From NCBI GenBank assembly GCA_002633005.1, contig NMRA01000014.1:1088838-1152837 (forward strand): 64,000 bases of DNA. Direction: 5' to 3'. Numbering within the stretch: position 1 is the first letter of the stretch; each line of letters begins with the position of its first letter. Of this stretch, positions 49,101 to 63,641 are shown piece by piece. The notes under the pieces are model-generated. The model was not told the origin of the DNA. It saw nothing but the letters and a program-made list of their open reading frames with translations, and made no database searches. A program made the position numbers and the translations under genes. Source of the stretch: Phoronis australis (Eukaryota; Animalia; Phoronida).

Positions 49101-52100
49101 CAACAGGGGGCTTGTAGGGGGCAGGTCCAGTACGCAGTGCAGGGTTTTTGTGGGTTTTCATGTCATCGGTAACCTTCTTTAGGCCTGTAAATATAAGGTG
49201 CTAATAGTTATAAACATTGCCACTACTTATAATTATACAGTATAGTTAGTAGCATTGTTTATATAGAATGCGGTGTCCCATTAGCTATATAATTATACAG
49301 AGTGGTTAGTTCTATTAGTTATATAGAGGGTGGATAGTCCAATTATTATATACAGAGTGGTTAGTCCCACTGGTTATATACAGTGTGGTTAGTCACATTA
49401 GTTATATACAGCGTTGTGAGTCAAATTAGTTATATACAGTGGTTAGTCACATTAGTTATATTCAGAGTGGTTAGTCACATTAGTTATATTCAGTGTGGTT
49501 AGTCACATTAGTTATATTCAGTGTGGTTAGTCATATTAGTTTTATTCAAAGTGGTTAGTCAAATTAGTTATATTCAGTGTGGTTAGTCATACTACTTATA
49601 TTCAAAGTGGTTAGTCAAATTAGTAATATTCAGTGTGGTTAGTCATATTAGTTTTATTCAAAGTGGTTAGTCAAATTAGTTATATTCAGTGTGGTTAGTC
49701 ATACTACTTATATTCAAAGTGGTTAGTCAAATCAGTTATATTCAGTATGGTTAGCCAATTAGTTATACACAGTGTGTTTAGTCCCATCAGTTATATATAT
49801 AGCGTGGTTAGTCCCACACAGAAAGCAGTACATGTTGCTCAGCTCAAGTGCTCCGTCACACTGTTTTGTGAATCTCCCTTGAAGTTCATAACTGAATATA
49901 CAGTGACACCAGACACGGACCTAAAGGGCAACTCAGCTCCAAGTCAAATCTGATGCCCATTTAGAACACTTCTCTCAAGTCATACAGACAAAATTATGTG
50001 AGCTCCCATCTGAGAAACATAACATCATCCATCACTCGCAAACCTTAACAATATCAAACTTACTCTTGGTTATGTCAACACCCTGGTTCAAGGCAGCGAA
50101 TAACTCGGCTCTCTTGCCAGCATCATCACCACCACTAGAGGGTGGTCCGCTAGGTGGCTGCACGGCAGGGGGTGGCGGTGGTGGCGGTGCCCCACCTGGT
50201 GGTGGTGGAGGCACACCTGTACTGGCAGAACTAGCAGCCGCAGCAGCGTCTCCACCCTGCAGATAAAGGGTGAAACTAATGGTAGGTAACCTGGCCATAC
50301 ACTTGAGGTATGTCTCTCTGTTTACGCCAACCACTTATACTGCAATCTGGACAAAACAGTTTAATAAATGCAAGCAAATATAAGTTAAAGCACACTAGGG
50401 TGTTTGAACTATTCCCGAAGACCACCTAAGGCTACCTACCCTCTTTATTGCGATTAAAGGCTGTGTCTGAGTGCAACCCTTGATCTCTGGGTTAACTTCT
50501 AAGCTTATTTGAAATACAATTCAGGCGAGCACCCATCCACAAATGTCAATTATATAGCCTATGGTGCAAACACAAATGTTTCCGGAAATTGCCACTATTA
50601 GCTGCTGATGCATTCAGAAGACTGGAGGTGTTTTCCTGACATCAGGGTAGATAAGGTCACTCACCTGTGGGTTCCACATCACACCAGTCGTGTGGTAGTC
50701 CTTGATGTAGTCCGTCAACGTGGCAACCAAGGGCTTGAGATCACGAATAAACGCACAATGCTTTGGATCACTAAAACACAGGACACAAATGAGATGTGGA
50801 TACACTATTGCAAGGACTAAAAAGGATACGACAAGAACATCTTCAAAGTGCAATTATTTCGTCTCTTAAAATGTTTTGCTAAAGATGACTTCTGGTAACG
50901 GGTAGACATGGTAGGTAATGTGATATTAATGGCCTAACACACCCAACAAGGAGACCTCTGTCACTCATATGTCCCTTTATTTGTATCATACACATACACA
51001 GCAAGGCATCAATGAGCTCACCTGTCTTTGTAATCCTTGATGACACGGTTAATGTAGAACTGAGCCGATTCCATCATGTCAGTCACATATTGGGCAGGCT
51101 TAGGTTCCTAGACAGATGAAACAAGAATTGTAGCGGAAGCAACGGACTGGAACCCTCAAGTGAGAGTAGGTCTTGGGATTCAATTGGTCATTATGGGCGA
51201 TGACGGGGCAGACTTATTGGTCACATGACTGTCATCAGGTACAGCCGCACAGGGCCTGTTTAGGGACAGTGCTCAGCACATCCAAATGTCTGTGCCAGTT
51301 TAGGCAACAACTCTGGCAAGTCCATTTTGGTTCTAGCCTTAATTTGTCGTCCATTGGCAAACATTTTATATAACCATACACACATACAATGGTTTGGATT
51401 ATCATTCACAAGTACAAGGGTTTGTGACTCAAACAAATTGTTGATGGTCCTTGTGTTCCATGCCAAGTTTGTAATGACTCATGTGGTCAAGCAGGTTATT
51501 CACCCAATAATGTCCTAAGAGACCTAGCAGTTGACTGCCCCTGCGCAGAGTCCATAGCCAACATAACTCTTCGATTCTCATTTAAAATGCAATGCAATAC
51601 TAGACACTGAAACCTTAAGTCGTATGACACAAATTCAACGCTTACCACTGTAATCCAGCCCAGAACAGGAACAGCTTCAGATAACGCTGACAAGTGATTG
51701 AAAACTTTACTGCTTCGATTCTTTTCTTTAATTTCCTGTAATATATGTATATGTCAATTTTAATTTAACTAATAAAACAGAAAAATTTTCACCTACTGTA
51801 ACAATATCTTTTAATATGAAATAATAGACAATGTAAATGCAACAGTAGACTATTTTATACTACATAAACATAGTAGAAGACACTTCTGTCAGTAGTGGTC
51901 AAGGTAAAGTTCTATTGTGGTCTAAGGCAGTAGTAGACAGTTCTATAGTGGTTTATGTAAACACAGTAGTACATTATTTCATAGTGACCTAAATGAAACC
52001 AGTAGCCCACTGTTTTATTGTGGTATCTGTAAACACAGTACTGAACAGTTTATACTGACCTAATACCTAAACCTAGTAGAAGACAGTTTTATAGTGGTCT

Positions 52101-55100
52101 ATATGATTGCAGTTGTACACTATTTTATCATGGTCTATGTAAACACAGCATCAGAATGCCTCATCACCATGGTTATCGTTTGTCAGAGTCCCTGCACTGA
52201 AAGACTTGCCATAAAACAACTAAGGCTATTGTTTAAACTGTGAAGCACTTTTACTTGAACACAGACTGAGGTGAAGGACAAACAAGAATCCTACATTGAC
52301 ACCCTAACCAGTCAAGACTGGGCAACTTGACTGGTGTGTGTACCTCAGAATCTGCAGGTTTAGATCAAAGACACCATGCTGTTGTGGTTAATTAAATCAC
52401 CTCAGGCTGCTGGTGCTGTCATTCTCTAGATAATGAGACCCATCATATACACATTGGGGGAGACAACAGTATTTTTAAATTTTCATTTTTAAAGTTAACT
52501 TTGTAAATAGCATATTTCAATAGTTCGTGAAAAGCACGTGATTAGGTTTTTTGAATTTTAAAAATTGGACAAGATAAAGATTCTTACATCCTAAAACGTT
52601 TGTTTAATGTTGCAATAATATGTTCCTCGTTAATTCTGTTGAGTGTGCAACGTAACTTGGCCAATTACCAAACCACGATGCAGCAGTTGGATTTTGAGGT
52701 AAGCCAAGTGTCATCGAACAATTCTTGCCATGTTGGACATCACATCACTCACCTGTACTTGACTCACACAGGATCCAATGGGCTCCACTAGTTTGGTAAA
52801 TACATTCTGCAAGAAAACATGAAATGAAAGTACAGCAATGTGTAGCACGGAACTGCACGCGCTTCCAGAATACAAAGTTCACTTGACAATCTGCCAAGAA
52901 GGAAGGATTTTTTGTTTTACAGTCTTCTAGATATCGTAGTACTTTGTTGTACTATTAAACTGTGGTTTTAGAAAGTAAAGTTCAGTTCAATACAGCTGTA
53001 CAAATGATCATATTCCCTTTCAGTTACATTCACTCACCCTGCAATGTCACACATGTATTACTCAAAATTTATTTGGCAAAGGAAAATGCAGTTCTAAAAA
53101 AACCTGGCAGTGAAAGGTTTAAATTATTAATAGTAGGAATATAAACAGCACAGCCACAAGTTTATAATGCCCAAGTTACGCTTCTTAACATACTGCACTC
53201 GACTCATAATACGCTTCATAACATCATGTACCCGACTAATAATATGCTTTTTAGTGCAAATATGGGGTATAAGTAAAACTTAATTTTTCACTTTTTCCAT
53301 GAACGAAAAGGTGGCACCAAATAATTGCTTGATCACTTTCAAATTCAGTACCATGGCCAATACCAGATAATTTTTTGCCCATTCGCAATAATGAAAGAAG
53401 CCTTTGACAAATGAAAAGAAGGTTTTTGGCTCAAGTAGGTGACATTTTTCCAAAGACTACATTTTTGCACAGTGCCAATTATGCAGATCCTCTCATATAT
53501 AATCTTCAAAGTGATGTAACTAACGATGACCGATCGGACAAACAGACTTGAACAAGCCAAAGTTGCCTGGTCTAGTGTTGACAGGCAAACAAGTTGTATG
53601 AACTGTTTGTCACATGGGCATCCTATTGACAACTCTCAATAGGTAGACAGCAACAACCACCAGGTCAGTATCAGTTAAACTCAAGCCCATAATCAGTCCT
53701 TGTTAGGATCTACTATATTATAAACGACCAGACAGAGCACCCTGGGCACTAGATGACCAGCTGTCAGTCACAAGATGATTGATAGATCACTTAACCAATG
53801 GGAGCAGTGAGATGGAACAGTGACAAACCTGCAAATGTTGTAAAGGGGTATAAGGCAAGGGTAAATAGGCATGTAATTTACCAACTTGGTGAAAGCAATT
53901 TGGATGATCCCTCTGAGTGACTGTATTGACAAAGCATAGAAAACTAGGTCTGGCTATCAAGTCAACTTGGGGAAACAGTGCCAGCGTTAACTACGCTTAG
54001 GAAACAGAAAACAAACAGTTTTGAACAAGTATTTTCATTTCTCCATGACAGGAAATTTAAATGCACGAGTCAATACATATCATAAAGAGAATCAGTTAGG
54101 ACAGTAGAAGATATACTATATTTAGAAATAACAAGAAATACACCAGACAGAAAATGTTAAATCAGTGAACAGAATGATGTAAATACTTAAAATAAATAAG
54201 TCAACTTTCACTTGAGGAATCTCATAATTCATAAAAACAGTACTATAGACTAACAAATTTTCTTGACTAAAATTAATAAAACATGACACAGCCCTATTAC
54301 TTTGACAATAAATTACAATACCAAGGTGGAAAAATGAGTAGAAAAAATCAATTAGAGAATGAAGGATTAACTTTAGATGAGATGGGCTGTCTTAATCCAT
54401 GACTGACCCTAACAGTGTTCTCATTATCAATGTTCTTTTTTCATGAATACAGTTCTCTCCTAACGAGATGTAGTTCTTCTCTCATAAACTGCAAATCACT
54501 TCTTACAAATTCAGTTCTTTTTTCATAAACCACAATTCCTTAAACATCTGACAGGCACTCTAGTATGCACATGGTTGGCTCTGTGTTGCATGTGCTTGGT
54601 ACAATGTATCAAATACAGTACAACTGGGAACATATGCAATACATGAGAAAAGATTTGTATTTGGATTGAAACTCGTGAGAAGAGGAAAAAATTAATGAGA
54701 ACGTCCTAGAGGAAGGACTGTTGTTCAGCCTGAAAATGATCTGATTGTTAATACCGTAATAAATTTCAGGTTACCAGGACCCTTGAAAACTAGCCAAATG
54801 AGGCAAACGTCACAACATCATATCTCAGAAATTGCTGTTCAGTTACATATGAAACTTTCAGATACCCTGCTTTATGCCCATTTGCTGGAAGATCCTCACA
54901 AAGAGTTCACTTTTTCAAGTTCATTTTCTAAAGAGATAGGTAAACTGACTTTCATTCACCTGCACCCACGTAAAAGATATAGTCCAGTACCCTTCGGATA
55001 TGAAGTACAAGGCACCCAAACATTCGCACAAACAACCAGGTACGAGTACACAAGACTGCATTTTGGAGAGTGAAATCTAAAAATATGAGCGGACACTTTA

Positions 55101-58100
55101 AAATTTCTGGTTTAGCAACCTATGGAATCGGGCATTTAGATCATTTTTCAAGCATTCTAACAATAACTACAACACAACACTAATCATATACCACAGTTCA
55201 CAAGGCTAGCCATATACCACAGTTCACAAGGCTAGCCATATACCACAGTTCAGAGGCAACCCAGCAAGGCGCACCATGCTTGGCTGCAAAAACTATCTGT
55301 TGTTGGCTTCTGCCAATATGACAATGAAAACCCACTACCTGGGAAAAACAAAGACATAGCAGTCACTCAACAACGCATAGCTTAGATAGAAGTGACCGCT
55401 GTATGACCACCAATGCATTTTTAAAGCCAAACAAATCTCAACAACTTCAGCCTGCAGGGATGACAGCCATTATTCACAGCCGTAATGAATCAAATTGACC
55501 ATGCAAAAACATTGTCCCAGAAATGCTTTCAAAAAAGGGGGGAAGTTGACGTTATTTGTTGCCGAGCCAATATTTGTCCACTTGGTTATGATAGTGCTTT
55601 CAAAAGCAGTTTACTCACAACCTGTCTGTAAAGACTGATAGTGACAATGGTCACATCTGGCTAGACTAAAGTACACAATACAATAGATGTATCTCAGCAA
55701 ATCGACTGGAAAAATCTACACCAGCCATTAATAGCATTTTATCACTGATATGGGACTAAGGGATTTCCCTTTCAGACAAAAGAAAAGTAAAGCAACAACT
55801 TATTCACATACGAAACTTCTTGGTATCCTCAGCGACAATGACGTATTCACACAGGAAGAATCATAGAACAGACATTTGTCACAGTGACCCAATTGTCTTC
55901 ACCACCTGAGGGTGCAGACATTAAGTACAAAAAATCGTGAGATGACATCACACGGGACAGCTAAATCTTCTGATCAAAAAGTGTTTGCACAATATTTGAC
56001 ATCGTAATGGTGATACACTGTCCTAAGTAAAGCGTGATTTAGGCCACCATGAAGTTGATGGCAAGTTGAGGGTCATTAGCAAGCAACCTGCTGCTCAACA
56101 AGTCATGGCGATATGACCGCATCGTGTTACCAGGTCAAGCTAAGGCAGGTAATGTGTGATATTTATCAAAGACCAATCGGTCAGAATTTATTTCAAATTT
56201 GGTAGTACATGACCTGGTAGCCAGAGGGTGCTACTTTTCAATGTCAGAAGTGTGTTTTAATTTATTAACATGCTTGTCTCGATTCTGTTCAAACAGAATT
56301 ACACTATCTCCACCAGTCGTGTGTGTCGGTTCCGTCCGTCCCGTAGTAGGTTTGCGACTGGTGTTTCCCAGGGGTATCACCACCAACTCCAAGACCAGCA
56401 GCAGCAGTGACAAGCGATTTTTGAAGCATAAACAATATTTACAGATAAACACATTTAATGGACTTTTCAAGGATTTCATTATTTACATTAGCGAGGTGAT
56501 AGAAGGGACCATTGGGCACGTGTGTGTGAATGAGTTGGTCAGAGCCCTTTTATAAATATTATATAAATGACACATATTCTTAGGAGAAAGAAGCAACCAA
56601 TGGATTATAGGCTGAGTAGACAGGAGAGTAAACAAGGGGATTCTCATTGACTTAAAGGTGCACTTGAGGGGAAACATCATTTTAAAATTGTTTGCTTTTG
56701 GACATAGATTGTGAATAAACACTGGCAGAAAATAATGGTCTTTTAATATCCTGAGGTAAAATATTTATAGAAGTCGTTGAATTATTTTGCTGTTGGTTGA
56801 TGTTACTAGTGCAACTTGCCTGTACCAAGACATTTGATACACACATGCAGTGAAGACATACAGCTGAGATGGACGAGCTTTCACACTGTTGAAGTCTTTT
56901 ACAGATCACAAGGGACAACCACTAATAACAAGAGACTACCACTGATCTAAAGGGACTATACCACTGAACTCAAGGGACTATCACCGTTCTCAAGGGACTA
57001 ACACCGATCACAGGGGACCACCCCTGACCACAAGGGACTACCACTGACCACAAGGGACTACCACTGACCACAAGGGACTGACACTCATCATGAGGGACTA
57101 CTACCACTGATCACAAGAGACCACCACTGATCTCAAAGGACTACCTCTGATCACAAGGGACTGCCACTGATCTCAACAGACTGCCACTGATCTCAAGGGA
57201 CTACCACTGATCTCAATTGACTGCCATTAATCATAAGAGCAATTCACAGCATTGATATGCATCACATATGTTGCAGATACAGGATGATTACTATTTCAAA
57301 CATTCTCACAACAGGGAGCAAAGTTGGAAAATTTAAAATAGCCTCTAGTCAGCAATGCTGTCCTCAGCAGGAACGCACTTGCCAAGATCGCAAAAATGGC
57401 ACTAGGGAACACAGTGGTAGTCTAATATGCCGTCATCAGTTCATAGACACCAGCTGGCCAAATTTCACAAAGACCCTGCAGGGGTTTTGGAGAAGCAGCT
57501 GACAATGCGAAAAAAGCAGAACTACCATTAGGGTGCATCACAGTAATCAAAATTAGCCAAAAATCATTGTCAGCCACACTCTTCGTAGTACAAACACAAA
57601 CTAATTAACGATTCTTAAAGTGGTTTGGCCGATAGAGGACAAAAAACCAGACTCTAAAATAATAAAAAGGCCACGTGGAGGGACATCCTAAATTCATCTG
57701 AAAATGGGAAGGTGTCATCACAACTTTTAATAGAAACCTATTTGCCAAATTTCATAAAAATACATCAAGGAACTCGAAAGATACAGAGAAAACGGGAAAA
57801 AATAAAATTGCCACTAGGGGTCACAGCCGTTGTCGGATGGTTCAAAAGTCATCACCATCGGTTGTCACCTGTCTACAAATACATTAATTTGCCAAATTTA
57901 CAAAGATCCTACAAAGGGTTTAGGAGAAAATGCCATGGATGCAAAAAACTGCCACAAGGAGGTGCCACAAGGAGGCGCCACAATAGTCGGAGCCATACGA
58001 AAACCATCGCCAACCGTCCTCGTAATAACATATACGTGACTTATAAGTTGCATTTACAAATTACACCTCACTCATCCCCCCATCACCAGTAGACAGGAGA

Positions 58101-61100
58101 TTACCACACGCTATGCATTTCCAATGCAATAAGCCTAGTCTACAGGCAATAATTATAGGACCATTATTTTCTAAAAAAATTTAAATGCTAATTTGAACTT
58201 GGGCATGTTTCTATGAATATCCTTGACTTGCTGCTTGGCTGGAACCTACCTTGATGTCCCCAGAATTCTTAACCTAGTCTTGGTGTAGCAAGGTTTGTAA
58301 ATGCTAATCTCATGGCACGTATACCAATTTTCATAATCATCATTGGATTGGTTTGTTTATAAAAAAGCGGACACCGAAACAGATTAAAAAATTATAAAAA
58401 CGGCCGCTATGTGGCGTGCACTATGTCAAATCCAACTGAAAATGGGAAGATGTCATTGTTAGTTTAACAGAAATGTATTTACCAAAGTTCATAAAAATCC
58501 ATCAAAGAACTTTAAAGATACAGAGGAAAACTAAAATGACATTGCCACTCGGGGGCCCAGCAGAAGACAGATTCATCCGAAAGTTATCTTGACCTGTTGT
58601 CAACATCATATAATTTATACGCTGCCATGGACACAAAGATAACTGCCACTAGGAGGCCCAACAGTACTCAGAGCTGTGCAAAACTCACCGTCAGCAATAG
58701 ATTTGGCAAAAAAAATCACCAAGTAAACATGAAATTTTACATTCTCTCTCGGATGGTTCTGATGTAATTTACTTAGTCCGCAAAAGTCTCCGAAACACTT
58801 TTTATTCTGTGATCCCTTTCATAAGACATTACTTAAGTCTTAAGAGCAAAAATTTTTCTGAGATAAGATCGAAAATCGGGCTAAGTTAAGATCGAAGACG
58901 AAATTTCAGAAAAGACCATTTCAACAACACCAAGTCCCTTTCTGGTCTTTGGTTTTAACTTATTAGGAAAAAGTCAGGTTTTGGCATAGGACTGGTGAGT
59001 ATACACACAACACTTTCGCCATCCCTTACAAACTCAAAAGAAGTGAGACAGAGCGTGAAATTCAGTTTCAAGAATGACATTGGTCTCGAAACTCAAAATG
59101 GAGATTTTTAAAAACATTTTGGCTACAAGAGGAATCTTGTTTAGATGAGAAGACCCTGGTATGGCTGGAAAATATTTCACATTGTGCAAGCAAGTCTCAC
59201 TGCATTGTCTTTACAAGTCTCGGTCGTTTTGTCGGTTTTTGAATCGAAAAAGCAGGCGATCTTCAATATGACATTATTTAGGGACATCAGATTTTGAAAG
59301 TTATCAACAACACTGGTTTAACAGTTAATAGTGAAGATAACAGTAAATTTTGGTCATTAAGAGCAACTGTACTGTAACAGGCTAACTTTAGGACTTAGCT
59401 TAGACCGATTTCAGTCTTAATTGTAGACTTCATGAAATGGGGCTAAGACATTTTGGTACTGAGTCAGTCCGATTTCGGTCTAAGTTAAGACAGAAAAGGT
59501 TTCAAGAAACGGGCCCACATCTTGGACGTTTTTAAATATTTTCATATAGAATATGTAGCACTTTCATTAAGTTTTGAGTATGATTGCTCTTTTTGCCCCG
59601 TTCATTTCAAATACATGGTATTCATTACACAGGAACCAAACTTCATGAAGACCCATCAAGTAATTTGGTAGATATTCAACCACAGGCATAAAACAAAAGT
59701 CCCACTAGAGGGCTCCACAGTACCCGTAACCAACCAATATCATTGTTTGCCATAGTCTGAAGTAAGAACACATACACTAATTTCAAATACTTCTTAGCGC
59801 AGTTTGGCACATAGAGAGGCAGGCCTGAAAAGCTACTAGGTGAAACAGAATAAGTCGGAATTACCTGAAAATGGGAAAGCATTGCCATCTCAGAAGGTCC
59901 TCATTCGCCAAATTCCATGAAAATCTGTCCACACACTTCCAAGATAAAAAGTTTCCGCAAAACACTAAAATTGACACTAACAGGAACAAGGGTAATTCAG
60001 ATTCGTCCAAAAGTCTTTCGTCATCCATTGTCACATCAATAGGAATACACTTAACCAAGTTTCATAAAGATTCTATAAAGGAATGATTGTAAATCAAGGA
60101 GTCATTGGCCATTCCCAACCAGAATGCTACTGATTCTCTCAATAACATGCAGTGCTCAGTGACCCTACAACTATGGTGATAACCTACTTACTATTCCCTG
60201 TATCTCTTGCTACTCTCATTTCACTGCATGGATGTGACTTGAATGGTGTTCGACACTTGCTGACTTATTGGATATATTATCCTGATGTGTTATTAATAGA
60301 CGAAATGTTAAATGAACATGAAATTTTTTATTTGTGCCATGATTGTCCGTTTTTTTAATCTTACAAAGGGTTTCAGAGATAACGTTGCAGACTGCCGGAC
60401 AGGTGGATGTATGCCAGAGATGGCTGTCTTACACACTGTCAGGTGGATGCATAAAAGTCAACAGCTTCAGTGCACAAATACATTTAACACATTGTTTTAC
60501 TGCTGAAAAGTCATCACCAATACATTAATTTTCCTGTTTTACACCAGAGGAAATTAGATCAGTACTCATGATAAGAATTACAGATGCTAGCAGCTCTTGT
60601 ATAAATCTATCGACAAAGCAAATGGTACTATGAAAGTTCAAGTTTCTAATCTCCACTGGCAACAATAAAGTGACAAAGCAAGAGGCCAAGACCCCCCAGA
60701 CACCAGTCTGGAGCCACCTTTGGCAAGCAGCGCCATTTGAAACATTTCCACCCTTACAAGGAAGAGAGTCATACTTACAGGAGCAGGTCTCTTGCTGCGT
60801 GATGCCACATCAAGGAAAGCTCGCGTCCGCTTGAAGCCATCACAGAACAGGGCGAGCTACAACAATATAATAACTGACATTATGATCGAAACACAACAAG
60901 ACAACTGCAGGTTTCCATACATAAGCCCATGGTGTGTATTTGGCAGATGACAATACTGTAGCAGACACCTATAATGAGAAAGTCCTGAAACATTCTTCAC
61001 ATTTACTGCAATGGGAACTGAGAGTCAAATAAAAATTGAATCATATGTAAGGAAATTTAGTCTCATAGATTTTAGTCTCGACATCCTGTGCAAATTTCTC

Positions 61101-63641
61101 CCAAATATGCACCATGGGGTTATTTCTGGTGAACTGTCCTAGTATACATGCACTGGATTCAAATTTGGCTAGACTTGTATCAGTACAGAAATATCTAGCA
61201 ATCAGTTAGCCATATAGCAGCAGTATCGCTAAGTGCAATGTTCACTGCCACCTACAGTTCCATATTTAAAGTGACTTTACAGGGTTTTTTCACTCTGTAG
61301 TAAGAGGGCCCTAAACTGTAGGTGAACATTTCACAATTTACTTTTTCTTCCATGACTAAAGAAAGTATTTCTAAATCACTAAAACGTTCCAGTGTCTCAT
61401 GTTACACATTTTCTATGAAAAACTAAGTTTATATGGTAAACTGGCATTTATGTTGAGCAGCAGAGGGCGCTGTAAACAACATCATGCACTTCAAAACCCA
61501 TATCTAGAGTAAGTACCAGCGGTAGATGCATCTACAACCGGTACTAGAGTAAGACATCCTTGGGTGGCAGACAAAGCACCATAAAATAGTTTAAACCAGG
61601 TTAATGGAATTACCAACTTGACCATGAAAAGTCAAACAGTTAAAATGTGTTTGCGTATATGAATGTGTCAGAGCATTTTTCGTTAAGTTTCCAGGAGTCT
61701 GGAAAAATAATTCAATTGCTGAGGATTAAATCAGTCAAGTGCACCCTAGAATAACAAAAATATATATTATGCTCCATTTATTTAAAAACAATGTCACGTT
61801 AAAAGAGCATAATTTGAGATTACGTTTTCATAAATCTGGTTAGCGTTAAAATTAATTGTGTACTTGCTTGCAGGCAGTAAAACTACAACTATATTGTTCT
61901 TGGTCTTAAATATCAAAAAAGGATGTACATGGTGGTAATGTTTTGCATTAATTTGTAAAGGTCTATCTTTTTCACAGGTTATTATGAGGTTCTACCTGTT
62001 TGGACAGTGTCTCATCTCCCAGCTGTTTCCCTAGAGATACAAACTTGGCAACAGGTCCAGAGATGATGTCATCAAATTTTTTCACAAACTCAGCAGTCTC
62101 TGAAAATAGAAAAAAGAACATTAGAGAAAACGCATTTTCACGTCCGTGAAAAACAGGGTTCCAGCTGAAAGCACATATTATAGGATTTATAGGTCATCAA
62201 GCTACTTACAGAATGTTCTGAAAATTCTCACAGGCATAGACATAAACACATTCAAGTACACTATGTCATCTAATAACCAACTGAAATCAGTGCAGCAGAA
62301 ATGTCCAGTGTTGGGCCTCAATAAGCTTGATTGCAACCACTAACTATCACAAAACGACTGTTGTTTGCGGAAAGTCGAATGGACGCTAACTTAACAGTTT
62401 AGATCTGCAATGCATCCAACTTTGCCAAAAATTGTTGATTTGGACCACTTACTACTATTAAATTGGTGTTTGGTTCTTCTTAACCTGGATTAGAAGTAAC
62501 TTCTGGGAAGAACTGATAGCTGACTAGCATATTCTCAAAGTAAGTTGTCTAGACCCGGCTGTATGCATTATGAAGGCCAGTGTACCAACTACTTGTCGTA
62601 ACTCCCTCTAGTGTTAAACCGTTGAGCCAACCATCCTGCATAATGGACTTAACATGACGCAAGTTCTCAAAGCCAGATAAATGAGCCAGGTCCCAAGCAA
62701 TAGTAAGCAATCAAGATCAGAAATCACTCCAGTTAATGGTAAGCCGCTTAAATCAAACATAGTCCTTGCCAACAGAGGGCAGGTTATGGCAGCTTTTAGT
62801 AATATCAATTGAGGTCTTCTTCATCATAACCACCACCACTACCCACCCTCCCCCGGCGCCCAACAATAAGGACTTACCTTTACGGTCAGGTCCTTGGTTA
62901 TCCCCCCCCTCACCTAATCAAGAGTTGCCTAAAAGCTGAGGGGCCTCGGTCACCAGCCCCTCCCCTCAAACAATTGGGATTTTCCAATAACCTGAAGGTT
63001 TGGTCTCCAACACCCCAAAATCAGGACTTACTCAGAAGCTCTGAGCCTCAGTCATCACCCCGAGCCCCCAATGCAGGCCACTTCTATGAGACCATGTATC
63101 ATGAAGACTGACCTGCAACCGGAAGCCGTTTTCCTCCTGAGGCTCCTGTCTGGCTCTCTATCTTCTCTAAACGAGAAGTAACACTCTCCAGCCTGTCTAT
63201 CAGTCCTGACAAAGCATCAGATGCCATTCTCACTTGAGTCTCTATCTTTTGTTGTTTATACTCTTCCTTACGTAGTGTGGCAGGAGTCGTGAAGCGTCTT
63301 GTGGGATCAAAGACAGTGATTGGCCTATTGGGAGAATTGTTTTCCAGCTTAATTACAGTAACATTTCCCCTCTTCTCAACAGTTGACTTAAGCTCTGCTT
63401 GAGGTGAAGACGCATCAGAAGTAGCAGAAGAAAGAGGCTGTGATAGGCCACCTTCTGTGGTTTCACTAGTTTGGGATGGCCCAATTCTAGAGAAGGAGAC
63501 CGTATTATTTACTGAATGAGACGTGCCAGAGTCGGCCGTGACAAGTTTTTGACTGGTTACGTTGCCACTGTCAGCATCCTTAGTCTTCTGTTCATATTGT
63601 TTACTTGTGTAGCAGCAAAGAAGGTGAGTACACCCAGGCAT
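46185..63641 (-). CDS. CAP1: Adenylyl cyclase-associated protein (CAP/Srv2): 478 aa from Met at 63227, up to 616 aa from Met at 63641
   Basis: Exons 63641/63227-63113, 62099-61996, 60856-60779, 52806-52753, 51735-51646, 51107-51022, 50770-50665, 50256-50064, 49184-49009, 48637-48514, 47524-47442, 47074-46931, 46268-46185 (TGA); GT-AG with matching phases. RLE motif ([13 protein letters not shown]), FNHLSALSE...[17 protein letters not shown], poly-Pro, WH2-like [25 protein letters not shown], and C-terminal [22 protein letters not shown]...[11 protein letters not shown]1 vs CAP2 cannot be resolved. Confidence 0.96.
46862..46985 (-). repeat. 63-bp tandem echo of a CAP exon end plus donor
   Basis: [17 protein letters not shown]|gtaagt (46931) followed by [17 protein letters not shown]|gtaact (46868). 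Confidence 0.85.
47648..47930. repeat. Degenerate ~23-bp array plus a 34-bp direct duplication
   Basis: catgatgagtcacgctgacacat-like units (47648-47830); aattcatctgctatgacataaacaagtgacatt twice (47864-47930). Confidence 0.65.
49265..49817. repeat. 28-bp minisatellite with an internal 112-bp higher-order repeat
   Basis: Unit tagttatattcagtgtggttagtcacat, about 20 copies. Confidence 0.9.
55185..55252. repeat. 26-bp tandem repeat, about 2.6 copies
   Basis: Unit catataccacagttcacaaggctagc. Confidence 0.85.
56905..57230. repeat. ~20-bp minisatellite
   Basis: Unit caagggactaccactgatca, about 15 degenerate copies. Confidence 0.85.
57380..60090. repeat. Old interspersed repeat with degenerate internal units, interrupted by a younger MITE-like insert
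   Basis: Recurrent ccaaatttcat..aaga(t/c)cc, ctgaaaatgggaa and gccactag motifs (related piece near 25380-25470). Insert ~58811-59516 ends in tttcaagaaacgggccc (Harbinger-like terminus). Confidence 0.45.

Noticed and set aside
56042-56067. Perfect Kozak GCCACCATG on the plus strand
   Set aside because: The ORF ends after six codons (MKLMAS*).
62800-63090. GTAAGT-bearing G-rich units as extra CAP microexons
   Set aside because: They are degenerate repeats lacking good acceptors and containing stops; 63113->62099 already joins in phase.
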